NCBI RefSeq assembly: GCF_000143415.4 | Contig: NW_003314317.1 | Coordinates: 809,533-873,532, forward strand | Origin: Selaginella moellendorffii | Taxonomy: Eukaryota > Plantae > Lycopodiophyta | Reading direction: 5' to 3' | Length of the DNA stretch: 64,000 bases | Shown: positions 35,547-46,947 of the stretch, piece by piece | Numbering within the stretch: position 1 is the stretch's first letter | Layout: the number at the start of each line of letters is the position of its first letter | The notes under the pieces: model-generated | The model's input: the letters and a program-made list of their open reading frames with translations, nothing else | Databases searched by the model: none | What the model was told of the DNA's origin: nothing | Program-made: the position numbers and the translations under genes

Positions 35547-37299
35547 GACCTTACATTACTACAATTTTATGTATCCTTTAAGTAGATAAATTAAGGTTTA
35601 CTGAAGCTTTTTAATTTTATATTGATCCCAAGCGTATGGTAGATCACTGATTGTCATGCCATACCAGTTTCTTCATCAGAATTAGTTTAATTTTAATTTA
35701 CTTTAAGTTAATTTTAAAAGCCATGCTATAATACCAAATTTTACTCTTTTGAACTTGTTAGCTATCACATTCAAAATTTAATACAAATTATATTCATTAA
35801 TTATAAAATTAAAATAGGAAAAGCATGAAGTAATACAAATGTTTTTGGTTTGCTTAAGTGAATTGGCAATGAGTATACTTAGAATTTAGTATATTCTACC
35901 ATCTAAGATATTATATACATGTTTATATAAACACCCCCAAATATATTCTAACATATTCTACAATCTAATGGCTGATATACATTTAGATTATCTAGTGTTT
36001 ATTAGAATAAAAATATTTATAATTTATCAATTTTCTTGAACAAATTGTAAGCTTTCTTGTGGGTAATGCAAAATTCAAAGCTTGGTAGGGAAGCTCCCTC
36101 TTCACCATCAGTGAGGAGTACTGTAAGTTTGCAGCTTTTTATGTAGCCTTTCTATGAAGGATGTAAATGCAATATTTGTGGACATTCTAAACTAAATTAG
36201 CATCTTCTTATATGCAAAGTAAACAATTTTCAAAATTCAATTTTTTTTTACTATTATATGCTTTGAGGCCATCTAACAATTCCTCTAGACTCTTTCACTT
36301 TCTCTATCTTCATGATTTCTTTTGTAGATTCAGATTTTCCTAATATCTTCTTTAGTGCCCAAGATCAGTGTATTCTCAAGATAATTATTATAAACTATGT
36401 ATCTTTTGAATTTAAAATTATATAAAAAGATTCAAGTAATTATAAAAATTACTTATCAATTTCTAGACTTAAGTATATTTCAAGGCTATAAACAGTTTTA
36501 GATCTTGATAATAGAATAATCTACATAATTTATATAATTGGTACAAAAACACTAACCAAGCGTCACACAGAAAAGTTTTTGAATTAATACCTGCACTCCA
36601 CTTTATTATTTTTATTTAATGAAATTGACTATTACTACTTATAAATTTGAAAATATTCTAATATTTCATAGTTTTCTATACATAATTTTTTTTAATCTAC
36701 TAAAGCTGTTTTTTGGTTTGCTTAAGCAAACATGTAGTGAATATACTTAGAATATTGAATTTTTTTTCTTCCATCTAAAAACTTAGATTAATTTTATGTT
36801 TATAAATTATAAAACCAAAGTTTTGTGTTTTATTATAAACATCTAAGTTGCAACTTCCATGACACTAGCATGGCCAACTTGTAGCCCCCATGTCCTCAAA
36901 CAACCCTAGCCACCATCACGGCTAGGCCTACCTTCTCAAGCTTTACTACTGAATGGTTTGTGGACAGGTTACTAACCATTGATTGCTTTTCTTTTTTAAA
37001 ATCTGTTGGCTGGTGGTGCACCAAGATTACAGCCCAATCTCACAATGAAGGAACTATTACCTCATCCCATATCCTATTTATAATAGATTCAAAATTATAA
37101 ATAATCTACTTACCGCCCCCGCCTTGCTTCCTCCTCGTCGGGCTCCTTGCAATAGTGGCGAAACGGAACTAACAAGCCACGCTCTTTATGCCAAGAGCTG
37201 GGATCAAGTTCGTCATTCGGATGATCCCACTCAACGATGACCTCTGCATTGGCCCTGTGGATGCGTTGTCGTGGCAGTATGACGTGGCAGATTTGACAA

Positions 37300-37480
37300 C
37301 GTGGAGGATGACGCAATTAAGAACCAGCGCAGGAGTTCTTCGGGGTACGTTTGTAGCCGTCATCAAGCCTAGCAGCCTGGGTGGATCTGAGAGCAGCTGC
37401 ATTTCAAAGTGCGTGGGCCGCAACATCGAAGCTACCGGGATTGTGAGCAAAGCCCTCTTCAACGCTGCCGCCAAGAGAGT
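37300..37480 (+). pseudogene. TIM13: TIM13 pseudogene fragment
   Basis: IKPSSLGGSESSCISKCVGRNIEATGIVSKALF vs recalled plant TIM13 TKPGSSLGGSESSCISRCVERYMEATAIISRSLF; N-terminal part internally deleted. Confidence 0.8.
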
Positions 37481-37570
37481 GAGTGAGTCATGCTCTTTCT
37501 CTCGATCCAATCCGTTTTGCCTTTATCTCCGATCCTTGGTCTTTAGACATTCCAACAAGTATAAATGTGC

Positions 37571-37700
37571 CAGTCGTGGTTTCGGATGGTGTGCAAGGAG
37601 AGAGCGTCGGTGATCTAGGACGAGCTCTTCCGGACGAGGACTTCCACCAGGCGGTGGTGCTCGTCTTTGCCAACAAGCAGGATGCTATGGCTCCCGCGGT
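37571..37700 (+). pseudogene. ARF-family GTPase exon fragment
   Basis: LPDEDFHQAVVLVFANKQD resembles ARF LNEDELRDAVLLVFANKQD (G4 motif NKxD). Confidence 0.75.
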
Positions 37701-37959
37701 GCATCCAGCAAGCAAAGAGGGAAACAAGTTAACTCGGAAAAGCCAGTTTGTGGATTCAAAATCCGTGCTTCGCTCGAAGAACAACGTGAATTTCAGGGGG
37801 TAACCAACAAAGACGACGAGTATCCTTGTTGTCCGGGGGAACTACGCAAGCGCCATCCGGCCATCCCCTACAGGGATGGAGTAGAGGAAATCAGACGTGC
37901 GCTCCATCGCTTGCACTTACTGCCTTAGCCGCGAAATGAGACACCGCCATAGCAAACCC

Positions 37960-39849
37960 TATGCCGAAGTTCCTCCTTTCTTTTAATAAGATCGTGCTTG
38001 GCTAACCTTTGTTCTTGCGGAGATTCTTCTTACTACCGCGATTTCAACTTCTCTTTCGAACTGCTTTTTGCTTTTTTTCTCACAGATGCCAGGAGTGCCA
38101 GGGAGTCACGTACTGCCGAGGAGCACGATATTGGAATCGCCGTGATCTGCTCTAACTTACACTCTTTCTGTGAAGCGGCCGATTTCATGGAGCAGCCAGG
38201 CCTCTCGCAAGAAACCTACGAGAGGCTACGGGAATGCTGCATCTTCAAGCCTGTGTTTGCGTCCCCCCGTGGTTATCGTGTACATCATGCGGGGGAGTGG
38301 CGTCGGCATTGTATTAGCAAGATCATACGCTGCAAGAGTGCAGTGAACATCATCGCCGGAAAGACATGGCCAGAGCGACGTTCTTCAAGGGAAGAGTGAG
38401 TGAGAAGTTTCTTCTTTCGTCTCGTTTCACCAAGTTTTTCTTTAAATGCTTTGTTCACCAGCATCGTTCAAGACCCCGGAGCATAAGATCTTCCCATCCG
38501 TGGCGCCAGCGACGAAAGGTATATCAGCCTCTAGATCACCTTCGCTGATAACAAGCTGAATGTTGCAGGTCACGGATTAATCGAAGCCTTCGTCTCACGT
38601 GTACTTGCGAGTCCGCACAAAACTATATCGTACAAGTTTGCGCTGCTAGGTACCAAAGGTCGTGCTGATCCCCCAGTCTGTTACGACCTTGATCCCCAGT
38701 CGGCTCCTGTTGCGAGAGCATTGACATTGACCACTGTTTTCCAGGTATGCTCTCTTCCACGCACTGCAAACTAAGTTTTCACTCGCTCTTATCACAGGGT
38801 CTCGAAGACAGTACATGTCGTTGACAGGTTTGCTGTCCCTCTTAATGCGTAGATTTCATGAACTTCGTGCATCCTCTTCAGAGACGAGCACTTTGCCAAT
38901 CCGCAGTACGAGCTCACCATGGACAAGCAGCGCCTAGGGGCACTGTGTGACTGCTGCAGGGGCAAGCCTTTCTTCGGCCTGGAGTGCAACTATTGGACCG
39001 AACGCATCCTTTGGTCGAAGGGCGACCTGTGGTGCGCGGATTTCGTCATGAGTTACCTCTGCAAGAGCCCGGAGATGGTGGACAGAATCATTTCCGGGGA
39101 CGTCCCTCTGCATGGCCAGCCCTTTACCGAGCTGTTTCCAGGTCTGTTTTTTTTGTTCGACACGGATTGCAGATGCAAGATTCTACAAGAGGTTTAAGAA
39201 AAGAAAGGTTTGAGAGAGGGAGTTGAGTTGATTTGATTTACAGGCTGACCAAGAAGCTTGTCCTTGGTGCATGCAGTGAGGGTGTATGAGGAAGAGGACT
39301 TACCTCCCGGCTCAGAGCAATGCAGGCCCAATCTTCGAGAAGCTCCGAGGCCGGCCTGTTTTTGCACCCGACATCGACGACGAGGATGGGGAGGAGCTGA
39401 CACGGGAGTGGGTGGAAGCTGGCACTGAGTTTGTGCTTGCGGACCTGGGCTCGTCAAGTTGCAGGACAAATCTTTGAGAGCTTCCAGATCAGTGGCAACG
39501 TTCCGCTGGATGGCCCAAGCCCGCCCATGCCATGCTATTGCAACGACGAGACGCGCTGGGAGAGGCATGCTTTTGCGGAGAAAGAGACGTATGGGCGGGG
39601 ATGGTGCCGGAGTGGCTGGTGTGGATGACGGACGAGGAGTACCTCGAGCGCGTGAGGGCGGCGGCTTATCCACTTGCTGTGCTCGTCGTTCCGGATGGTT
39701 ATTACGGTTGCCGCATGTATTACAATGCCAAGCATTGTGGTGTCATTGGTGGCATGTTGTCCGGGTTACTGGATTGTACCGATCATGATTGCGTGTGCGC
39801 TATACTGAATCGTGGAAATGACCGGTTTATTCCTCGGTGGGTAGAATAA
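37960..39849 (+). pseudogene. Multi-exon lineage-specific Cys-rich gene with MYND-finger-like N-terminus, apparently disrupted
   Basis: RCQECQGVTYC at ~38085-38115, then a frameshift; several GT-AG-bounded exon-like blocks; in-frame stops; a paralogous fragment at 14820-14950. Confidence 0.45.
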
Positions 39850-39981
39850 TCACCCGCAGAAAACGAAACGAAATATAAAAACGAAAGAGCTATCACGCGC
39901 GAGGTATATTCTGGCTACCGATAGCTGTTTCATTTTTATATTTCGTTTTCGTTATCTGCACCCACCGAGGAATAAACCGGT
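39821..39981. repeat. 161-nt fold-back hairpin
   Basis: Perfect 22-bp outer stem ACCGGTTTATTCCTCGGTGGGT/ACCCACCGAGGAATAAACCGGT plus a ~40-bp near-perfect inner stem. Confidence 0.92.
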
Positions 39982-41024
39982 TCGAACCGAAAGAGCATTC
40001 ATGCGCGAGGAACTACCGCCAATGTTTTGTTTTTTCTTTACCCTTTTTTTCTGGTCTCGTCACTAAACACACCGTAAAGGGATGGCCGATTTCAAGCTCC
40101 TTGAAGCACAAAGGAAGAATTCTTTTTGTCGGTATGAAGCTGAGCTCCGAGTGCCGCAGAGAAAGCGTTCGCCATCGAATTTCTGTTGCTTGTGGACTAA
40201 GTTAAAGAAAAGTTGACGCGAGTAGAACTGGGAATGTTCTAAATCTCGTAGTTGTAACACCACACATATAAGAAAAGCTGACTGTGACTAGTGTATATCC
40301 ATGAACTTTGAATTATTTGTTTCTAAAGGACTGGACTAAGTCAAGTCAATCTTATTTTATTGATTAGAAAATGTAGCAATCCAAAGACAAGACTCCCCAA
40401 GGTTAGATCCAACGAATCTTTGTCCTTTTTACCCAACTTCTCTTTGCCTTGGAAGAATGGAAAAGCAAACCTTTGCAACCAACCAGACCTGCCGAGGGAA
40501 TCGAACCGGTGACCCGTCAATTCCTCGCTCCAGGCATTATTCTAGTTTTCCATTAATGCGCTAATTAAGCAGCGTTACATTAAAATTAATCACAGTTACT
40601 TGAAGAAAGAAAGAGAACCGCCAAGAAAGGGAGCTGCGCGAGCGCGCTCAATTAGAAATTTAGATTGGAATCGTTTCTGGGCATGGTTGTTGGATCGGTT
40701 TAAAATCGCCTATCGCTCTCTTCAATCGCTCGCTCGCTCCACAGATTTCGAGTCGAGAGCTATAGCTGAAAGAAAGCGACCCAGCAACGAGCGAGCGTCC
40801 GTTTTTTTTTCCCTTTTCCCTCCTTGGCCGCTCGTTTTTGGGGCCAGATTTGATCGCCCTTGTGAGCGCTTTCTCGTGATCCCATCGGTGAGGTGATGAA
40901 TTCGCTGCGATCGGTGGAAGAAAAGAGAGAAGAGTAAAGAAGGGAGAATTTGCGAGGAGCGACTCGCAATGTGGCCGATTTCTTCCAGAGGAAGAAGAAG
41001 AAGAACAAGGTGGTGGTAAGGAAA

Positions 41025-44000
41025 ATGGCGAAGATTTCTTCTTCTTCTTCACCCGCAAAGCGAATTCTTCTCGTTGGTATGAAGCTGAGCTCCGAGTGCC
41101 GTGAGCGCCTGACATGGATAGTCGCAAGGCTCACGATCCCGGGAGATCACGTCATTGCTGTTCATGTCCTCCAATCTTCCTCCTCTACCGGTAAGCAAAC
41201 TTCCATTTTTCTTCCGTTTTTCAATCTCAAACTTCTTCGTGGCTCATCTGAAAGAGAGCTCACGTTAGATAGATCTCCTGCCTTTCTGCAAAGACAGAGC
41301 TTTCCTTCACATACCTTTTTCATACGAAAAACCCTGTAAAACTTTGTAACGTTTTGGCAGCACTGTCTTCGGAGCTGGATCCGGCCACCAGAAAGGAACT
41401 GGACGAGACCTTTCAAGGTGTTTTAGGAGTGTACCAGGGCCTCTGTACGCTCAAGCAGGTAATCACTCGTCAGCAACAAAAAAAAATCAGAGAAACAAAA
41501 GCTGCTGCTAGCTCTAGAAAATGCGATCATACATACGTACCTCACACCAAAATTTTAATGGTTCTTCTTTCCTCACTCTTGTCTTTGCTGCTTTTGCTTT
41601 GTGTGTCGCAGATCAAGTTGGACATTAAAGTGGTTGTTGGAGCCAGTGTTAAAGAGTGCCTGGTGGATGCTGCCAAGTTGGAGGACGCTACGAAATTGAT
41701 CCTCGGTACCAGCAGATTTGTGCCGACTGGGTAAGCGACCACTCCCATTTAACACGCGTTGACGGGAAGCTTCCATCCATCTAGAGAGTTTAGCTTCGTT
41801 ACAACTTCAAAGCTTGAATCGCTTACTTACGAGTGGTTTTCTTCTTTGCTTCTTCTGCTGTTTTGGTTTTGTCGTGTGCGGTTTAGTTTGTCCACATCCC
41901 TCGCAAAATACTGTTTGAAGAGGCTCCCAAGCAGCTGCTCAGTCACGATAATTGACCGAGGGAAAGTGATATTCGAGAGGCCTGGATATCGCAGCAGCAG
42001 CAGCAGCAGCAACAACACTGGTAAGTTGCAATTCTAAAGAGAGAGAGAGAGAGAGAAGATAGTGGTTTTACCGCGGTTCTTCATTCCAGGGAAAGAAGTA
42101 AGCTCCTGCGCACAAACATGCACGCCTAGTGTTCTTCAAAGAGGAATCATGAAGCGCCTGAGCTGCAGCAGCAGTCACCACCAAGCTTCGGAATTCGATA
42201 CCAGTGGCACTGATAATGACTCGCCTGGCGGGAGCAACGACAACAATCCAGGCTCCTCAAACTCTGGTCGCAGCAGCGTTGTGTTGGAGGCCAACTTGTC
42301 CGACTCCGACAGATCCTTCTCAGCTTCTCCTGTCAGCGTTCTTCACCCCAACACGGACGAGTTCAAGCCCCCGGAATCGAAAGAGAGCCAAGAGCACCTG
42401 TCGAGCTCGCAAGGGAGTTCGATGACCTGTGAAGATGGGAAAGCCTTGCAGGGATGGCCACTTCGCGCATTTCCTCTGGACAAAGTTGTTTCTTCGCCGT
42501 CGAGAGAGCCCGAGGAGAGGGAGCTGTCCGTAGTTAACTGGGCCTTACAGCTTCCAAACAGGTCCCAGAGGCGACGCCAGGCGCTCGAGTGTTCCTCCGC
42601 CAGAGACAGTGTTTCGTCGTCCAGCAGTGAGTTTGGATGCGAACAGAAACTCTTGTCCAAGTGCAGGAGTGCTCCTCCACCGCGGGAAAGATCTCTTCTT
42701 CTCGAGTGTCTTCGGCAGGAAGTCGCGGCTCCTTTTGAGCAGGAAGAGGCGAGCAAGCTCAACGACGAGAAACCAGCAGACACGGCTTCATCATTGTCAT
42801 TGAGCCAGCGGCTGCAACTTCTCTACACGAAGAACACCTCTGCGGCAGTAAAATTCGATGCGGAGGAGCTGCTGAAAGCCACCAGCAATTTATCATCAAG
42901 TAAGCTATCCATGCTCGAACAACAGTCTCTTACCGGTCTTTTGCTTCTCTTGTCTAGAAAACTTGGTCGGAAGAGGTGGCTGTAGTCAAGTTTTTAAAGG
43001 AACTCTGGCAAATGGTCAAGCAATTGCTGTCAAATGCTTGAATGAAGTCACGGCTGACTCAGAAGGCGAGCTGGTTACAGAGGTTGAGATATTGAGCAGC
43101 TTGAGACATAGGAACGTTATTTCCTTACTTGGTTACTGCGCCAACTCCAAAAAACGTATGCTGGTGTACAACTTTGCCGCAAATGGGAACTTGGAACAGT
43201 GCTTGCATGGTACGTGTTCCTCTTGAGTCTCGCTCGCTAATCGTCAAGTCTCCCTTTGGTCTGGATCAGGAGAAAACTCGAAAACGTCTTTTCTGGACTG
43301 GCCTTCGCGGAGAAAGATTGCAATTGGTGCTGCAGAAGGACTCGAGTATCTCCACGACGGATGCCCGAGGCCTGTCATTCACAGGGACGTGAAGTCGTCA
43401 AACATTCTTCTTTCGTCGACCAACGAAGCTCTGGTAATAACTAACTTGCCTGAAGAGAAAAAAAACTAACTTGTTCGCAGATCTCGGACTTTGGACTTGC
43501 AAAATGGGCACCGACAACAACTTCTCACATAACCTGTACAGACGTCGTAGGAACTTTCGGGTATGAAACGCTGAAAACTCACCTCATTTATTCCTCTACC
43601 TCGTTGAAAATCCTCACTTCCGTTTACAGATATCTAGCGCCCGAGTACTTCATGTTTGGAAAGCTCAACGAGAAGACGGACGTGTACTCGTTCGGCGTTG
43701 TTCTTCTGGAGCTCATCACTGGAAAGCACCCGATCAACGCGTCAAATCAAAAGGGTCAAGAAAACTTGATAAAATGGGTAATGCCACCTCAACCTACCTG
43801 TCGAAATCACGTATTCGAATAAGTTTGGCGTCTTGTCTCTTTCAGGGACGACCTCTTCTCGAGAGTGGAAATCTGGAGAAGCTGGTAGATCCGAGACTTC
43901 ATGATGACTACGATGTCCAGCATATGAAACTTATGGTCCTGGCAGCAGCCTTGTGCCTTCGACAGTCACCTCAACACAGACCGCGAATGCGCAGAGTAAG

Positions 44001-44335
44001 TTTCGCCAACAACGATATTTTCCGGTGTCTTAACAGGTGTGTGTGTGTGCGTGGTCTTAAAGATATCGAGGTTGCTGAGCGGTGACGAAGAAAACAGCCT
44101 CCTGTGGGCCAACCGCGAGTTAAAGCTTTGCAAAGGCGAAGAGCAGCACTGCATAGATGAGGATTACGCACGGCCTTCCACATCCGACTGTGAGGTAAGG
44201 ACTCACCTTGCGCTGGCCATGCTCGGAGTCGAGGACGATGTCGCATCCGAGTGCGATCAAAGCAGTAGCAGCATGGATTTCGTGAGTTCCAGGAAGAGCC
44301 TCGAAGATTACTTTGGTGGTCGATGTAGCCAGTAG
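41025..44335 (+). CDS. Receptor-like cytoplasmic kinase with N-terminal USP (UspA-like) domain (RLCK-VI/STUNTED-like), multi-exon
   Basis: [22 protein letters not shown]; GWPL; [13 protein letters not shown]; [12 protein letters not shown]; AVK; [11 protein letters not shown]; SDFGLAKW; [12 protein letters not shown]; LALAML. Confidence 0.92.
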
Positions 44336-44591
44336 CTTAGCTGCGATTTTTTTTCGTGAGGAAACCAGAGAAGAGTGAGCTGGAGTGACACTTGAGTAGA
44401 GAATAGAATAGCCTACCGCTTGGTCGTGGTCGCACGCCTTACAAACACGATGTCCGCGGCTATGCTTTGTCAGCTCCGTCATCTCCCCGACGCTCTAGTT
44501 CTCGGACAAACTCCTGACAGCAATTTCAATGCTGGAATGTTGGATAAGAGATGACTCTCCGTGAACAGTACCTGAGATTTTGGGGGATGAG

Positions 44592-45722
44592 ATGTCGCTG
44601 ATCACAATTTTCAGGTGGCTCAAGAAGCTGCTTCACTACGATAACAAGGAAGAAGAACAACGCCCCCGCGAGGAAGATGAAGATTGCACTTCCATCTTGG
44701 CAGACGCAGCATCACAGCAGTTTTCGTTTCCAAGGAAGTTCAGTTACGACGAGATCCAAGCTGCAACGAGTAAGTTTGTCAGAAAGCACAATCCAGGAAA
44801 TGGTAAAGTTGCTTACTTCGAAGGCAGACTCCGCAGCTCTGGAAAGAGAGTAGTTGTGAAGAAGGTCGAGGCAAGTCGACGGTTGAGCAAGGAGGACTTC
44901 ATGGAAGAAGTGACGAAAATGTCCAGCATCCAGCACCGCAATTTGGTGGAGCTTCAAGGTTTCTGCCTGCTCCGGTCCAGCTTCTTCCTCGTCTACTCCG
45001 ACTACATGTACAGCAGGACGCCCCTGGATAAGCTTCTCTTCGGCAACAGTGACGATGCCCTCCGTTGGACCTCCAGGTTGCAAATTGTTGTTGATGTTGC
45101 AAAAGGACTCGCTTGCCTTCACTCAAACAACGTCCTCCACCTGGACTTGAAGTCCGAGAACGTCCACCTAGACAGCAACTTTCGAGCAAAGATCTCCGAC
45201 TTTGGATTCTCCAGCCTTGCCGCAGAAAAGACGACGATGACTGTACGAGGCACCCCCGGCTACATGGCACCCGAATGGCTCCAGATGAGAGTGAGCGAGA
45301 AGACGGATGTGTACAGCTTTGGAATCCTCGTGCTCGAAGTCGTGAGTGGAAAGAAGACGATCCACTACGAAAAACAGATGCTCAGACACCTGGGAACCTG
45401 GGCCTTTCAAGTTGCTCACAGAGGCCGCCTCTTCGAGATGGTGGACACCAAAATACTCCCGGAGGTCTCGTCCCACAGCCGGCAGATGAAAAACCTCCTC
45501 AAAATCGGGCTTTGGTGCATTCAAGCCGACGCGAGGATCCGGCCCTCCATGTCGAGTGCCGTCAAGATGCTGGAAGAAGGACGCAGCATCATCGATCCGC
45601 CTCTGCCTCCTCTACCACGGGAAGATGCATCCATAGACATGGACTTCTCGCTGAGCGTGGTTATGGAGATGATGCAGCACCGTCAAGACTACGGGAAAAA
45701 GAGCAGCTTCTTCAGAAAGTAG
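44592..45722 (+). CDS. Intronless RLK/Pelle kinase without ectodomain, non-RD (SD-2-like kinase domain)
   Basis: [57 protein letters not shown]. Confidence 0.9.
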   Translation: MSLITIFRWLKKLLHYDNKEEEQRPREEDEDCTSILADAASQQFSFPRKFSYDEIQAATSKFVRKHNPGNGKVAYFEGRLRSSGKRVVVKKVEASRRLSKEDFMEEVTKMSSIQHRNLVELQGFCLLRSSFFLVYSDYMYSRTPLDKLLFGNSDDALRWTSRLQIVVDVAKGLACLHSNNVLHLDLKSENVHLDSNFRAKISDFGFSSLAAEKTTMTVRGTPGYMAPEWLQMRVSEKTDVYSFGILVLEVVSGKKTIHYEKQMLRHLGTWAFQVAHRGRLFEMVDTKILPEVSSHSRQMKNLLKIGLWCIQADARIRPSMSSAVKMLEEGRSIIDPPLPPLPREDASIDMDFSLSVVMEMMQHRQDYGKKSSFFRK

Positions 45723-46648
45723 AGAATGGGGTGGCAAACCTACGTACTAGTGCGTCCATCGGTCGCTTGTACAGGCATCAACCTCAGGCTCAGCTGCAAG
45801 AGCTCAAGTTCTAAGTCATAAGCATGTATAAAAAAGCGAAGTTGTAGTAAGGCTTACCAGTGAGCGTGAAAGGAGAGCTTTCTGTATAGCAGCATAAGAG
45901 ACTCAAGCTTGTCTTTTGCTTTCGATCCATAGCTCCAATTCGTAACCCCCTCTCGCCTCGCATGATGTCGAGCAATTCACGCGACCAAAAGAATCAGCGA
46001 GCTCCATCTCTACGAGAAAGCGTACGCAAAACTACTAGCCCCGTACCATTTTCTTTCTTAGAATCCGCGTTACACCGAACTTCCCAGATTCGAACGCTAG
46101 AATTTTCATGACCGCATTCCAAAATCCCAGCATCCACACGCCCACATTTCAAGCAGAGGCTCCCGCTGAGCGCAGCGATCCCTCCCGCGCCTCTTCCCTG
46201 TGCCGCTATCGCTCACCCTATCGAGAGAGCGCCATCGCTAAACCCTAGAAACCCTCTAAACCTCGAGCAATATAAAAAAAAAAACCATTTAATGGATATG
46301 GTCTAAAGAATTTCCAGAAAGATCTTTTCGTTTCTCCTACGGCATAGTACCACACTCGATGATTTCACGTGAAGCGAATATACTCGCTTTTCTTTGCTTC
46401 TTTGTTTTGCGTATCCCCGTTCTTCGTCTGGGATGTTCTAAACCAAAAAAAAAGCCAAGAAAACCACGAGAGAATCAAGTCAATAACATTGACGTGTTAG
46501 ATCCAAATCCAAGCAAGCTCTTCCAAGAAATGTACCTCCCAAGTCGCTGCCATGAAAGCCAGTCCCCCGTACCGCAAAAAAACTCTAAACAAATCCCTCC
46601 ACCAAAAAGCTGTCTAGGCCGCTGTGGATGAGCTCGAAACCATTCATC

Positions 46649-46650
<2 letters not shown>

Positions 46651-46680
<30 letters not shown>
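46651..46680. repeat. (GA)n microsatellite upstream of LecRK
   Basis: GAGAGA run. Confidence 0.95.
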
Positions 46681-46683
<3 letters not shown>

Positions 46684-46947
46684 TAATGCTTTCCTCCGCA
46701 GCCTCCCGGGACCGAGTGCTCTACAGCCTCAGCAAAATTGACAAGTATGCCGAGCTCGCAAAATCCCAGAAAGCTAGAGCTCCATCCTCCAAAACCTTGT
46801 TTCACACCAGCCCCTGGAGCTAACTGGTCGTCTTTGCTCTGATCATCGTCCCCTTTTCCTCTGTTCTATCCTCTCCATACTTTTCTCCACCATGATTGTT
46901 AATCCCCTTCGCGGCTATGCCTTGATAAGCCGCAGCTACGAGTGTCT

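Noticed and set aside
45113-45814. 233-aa alternative-frame ORF in the kinase
   Set aside because: Non-ATG start, no recognisable features, explained by codon bias
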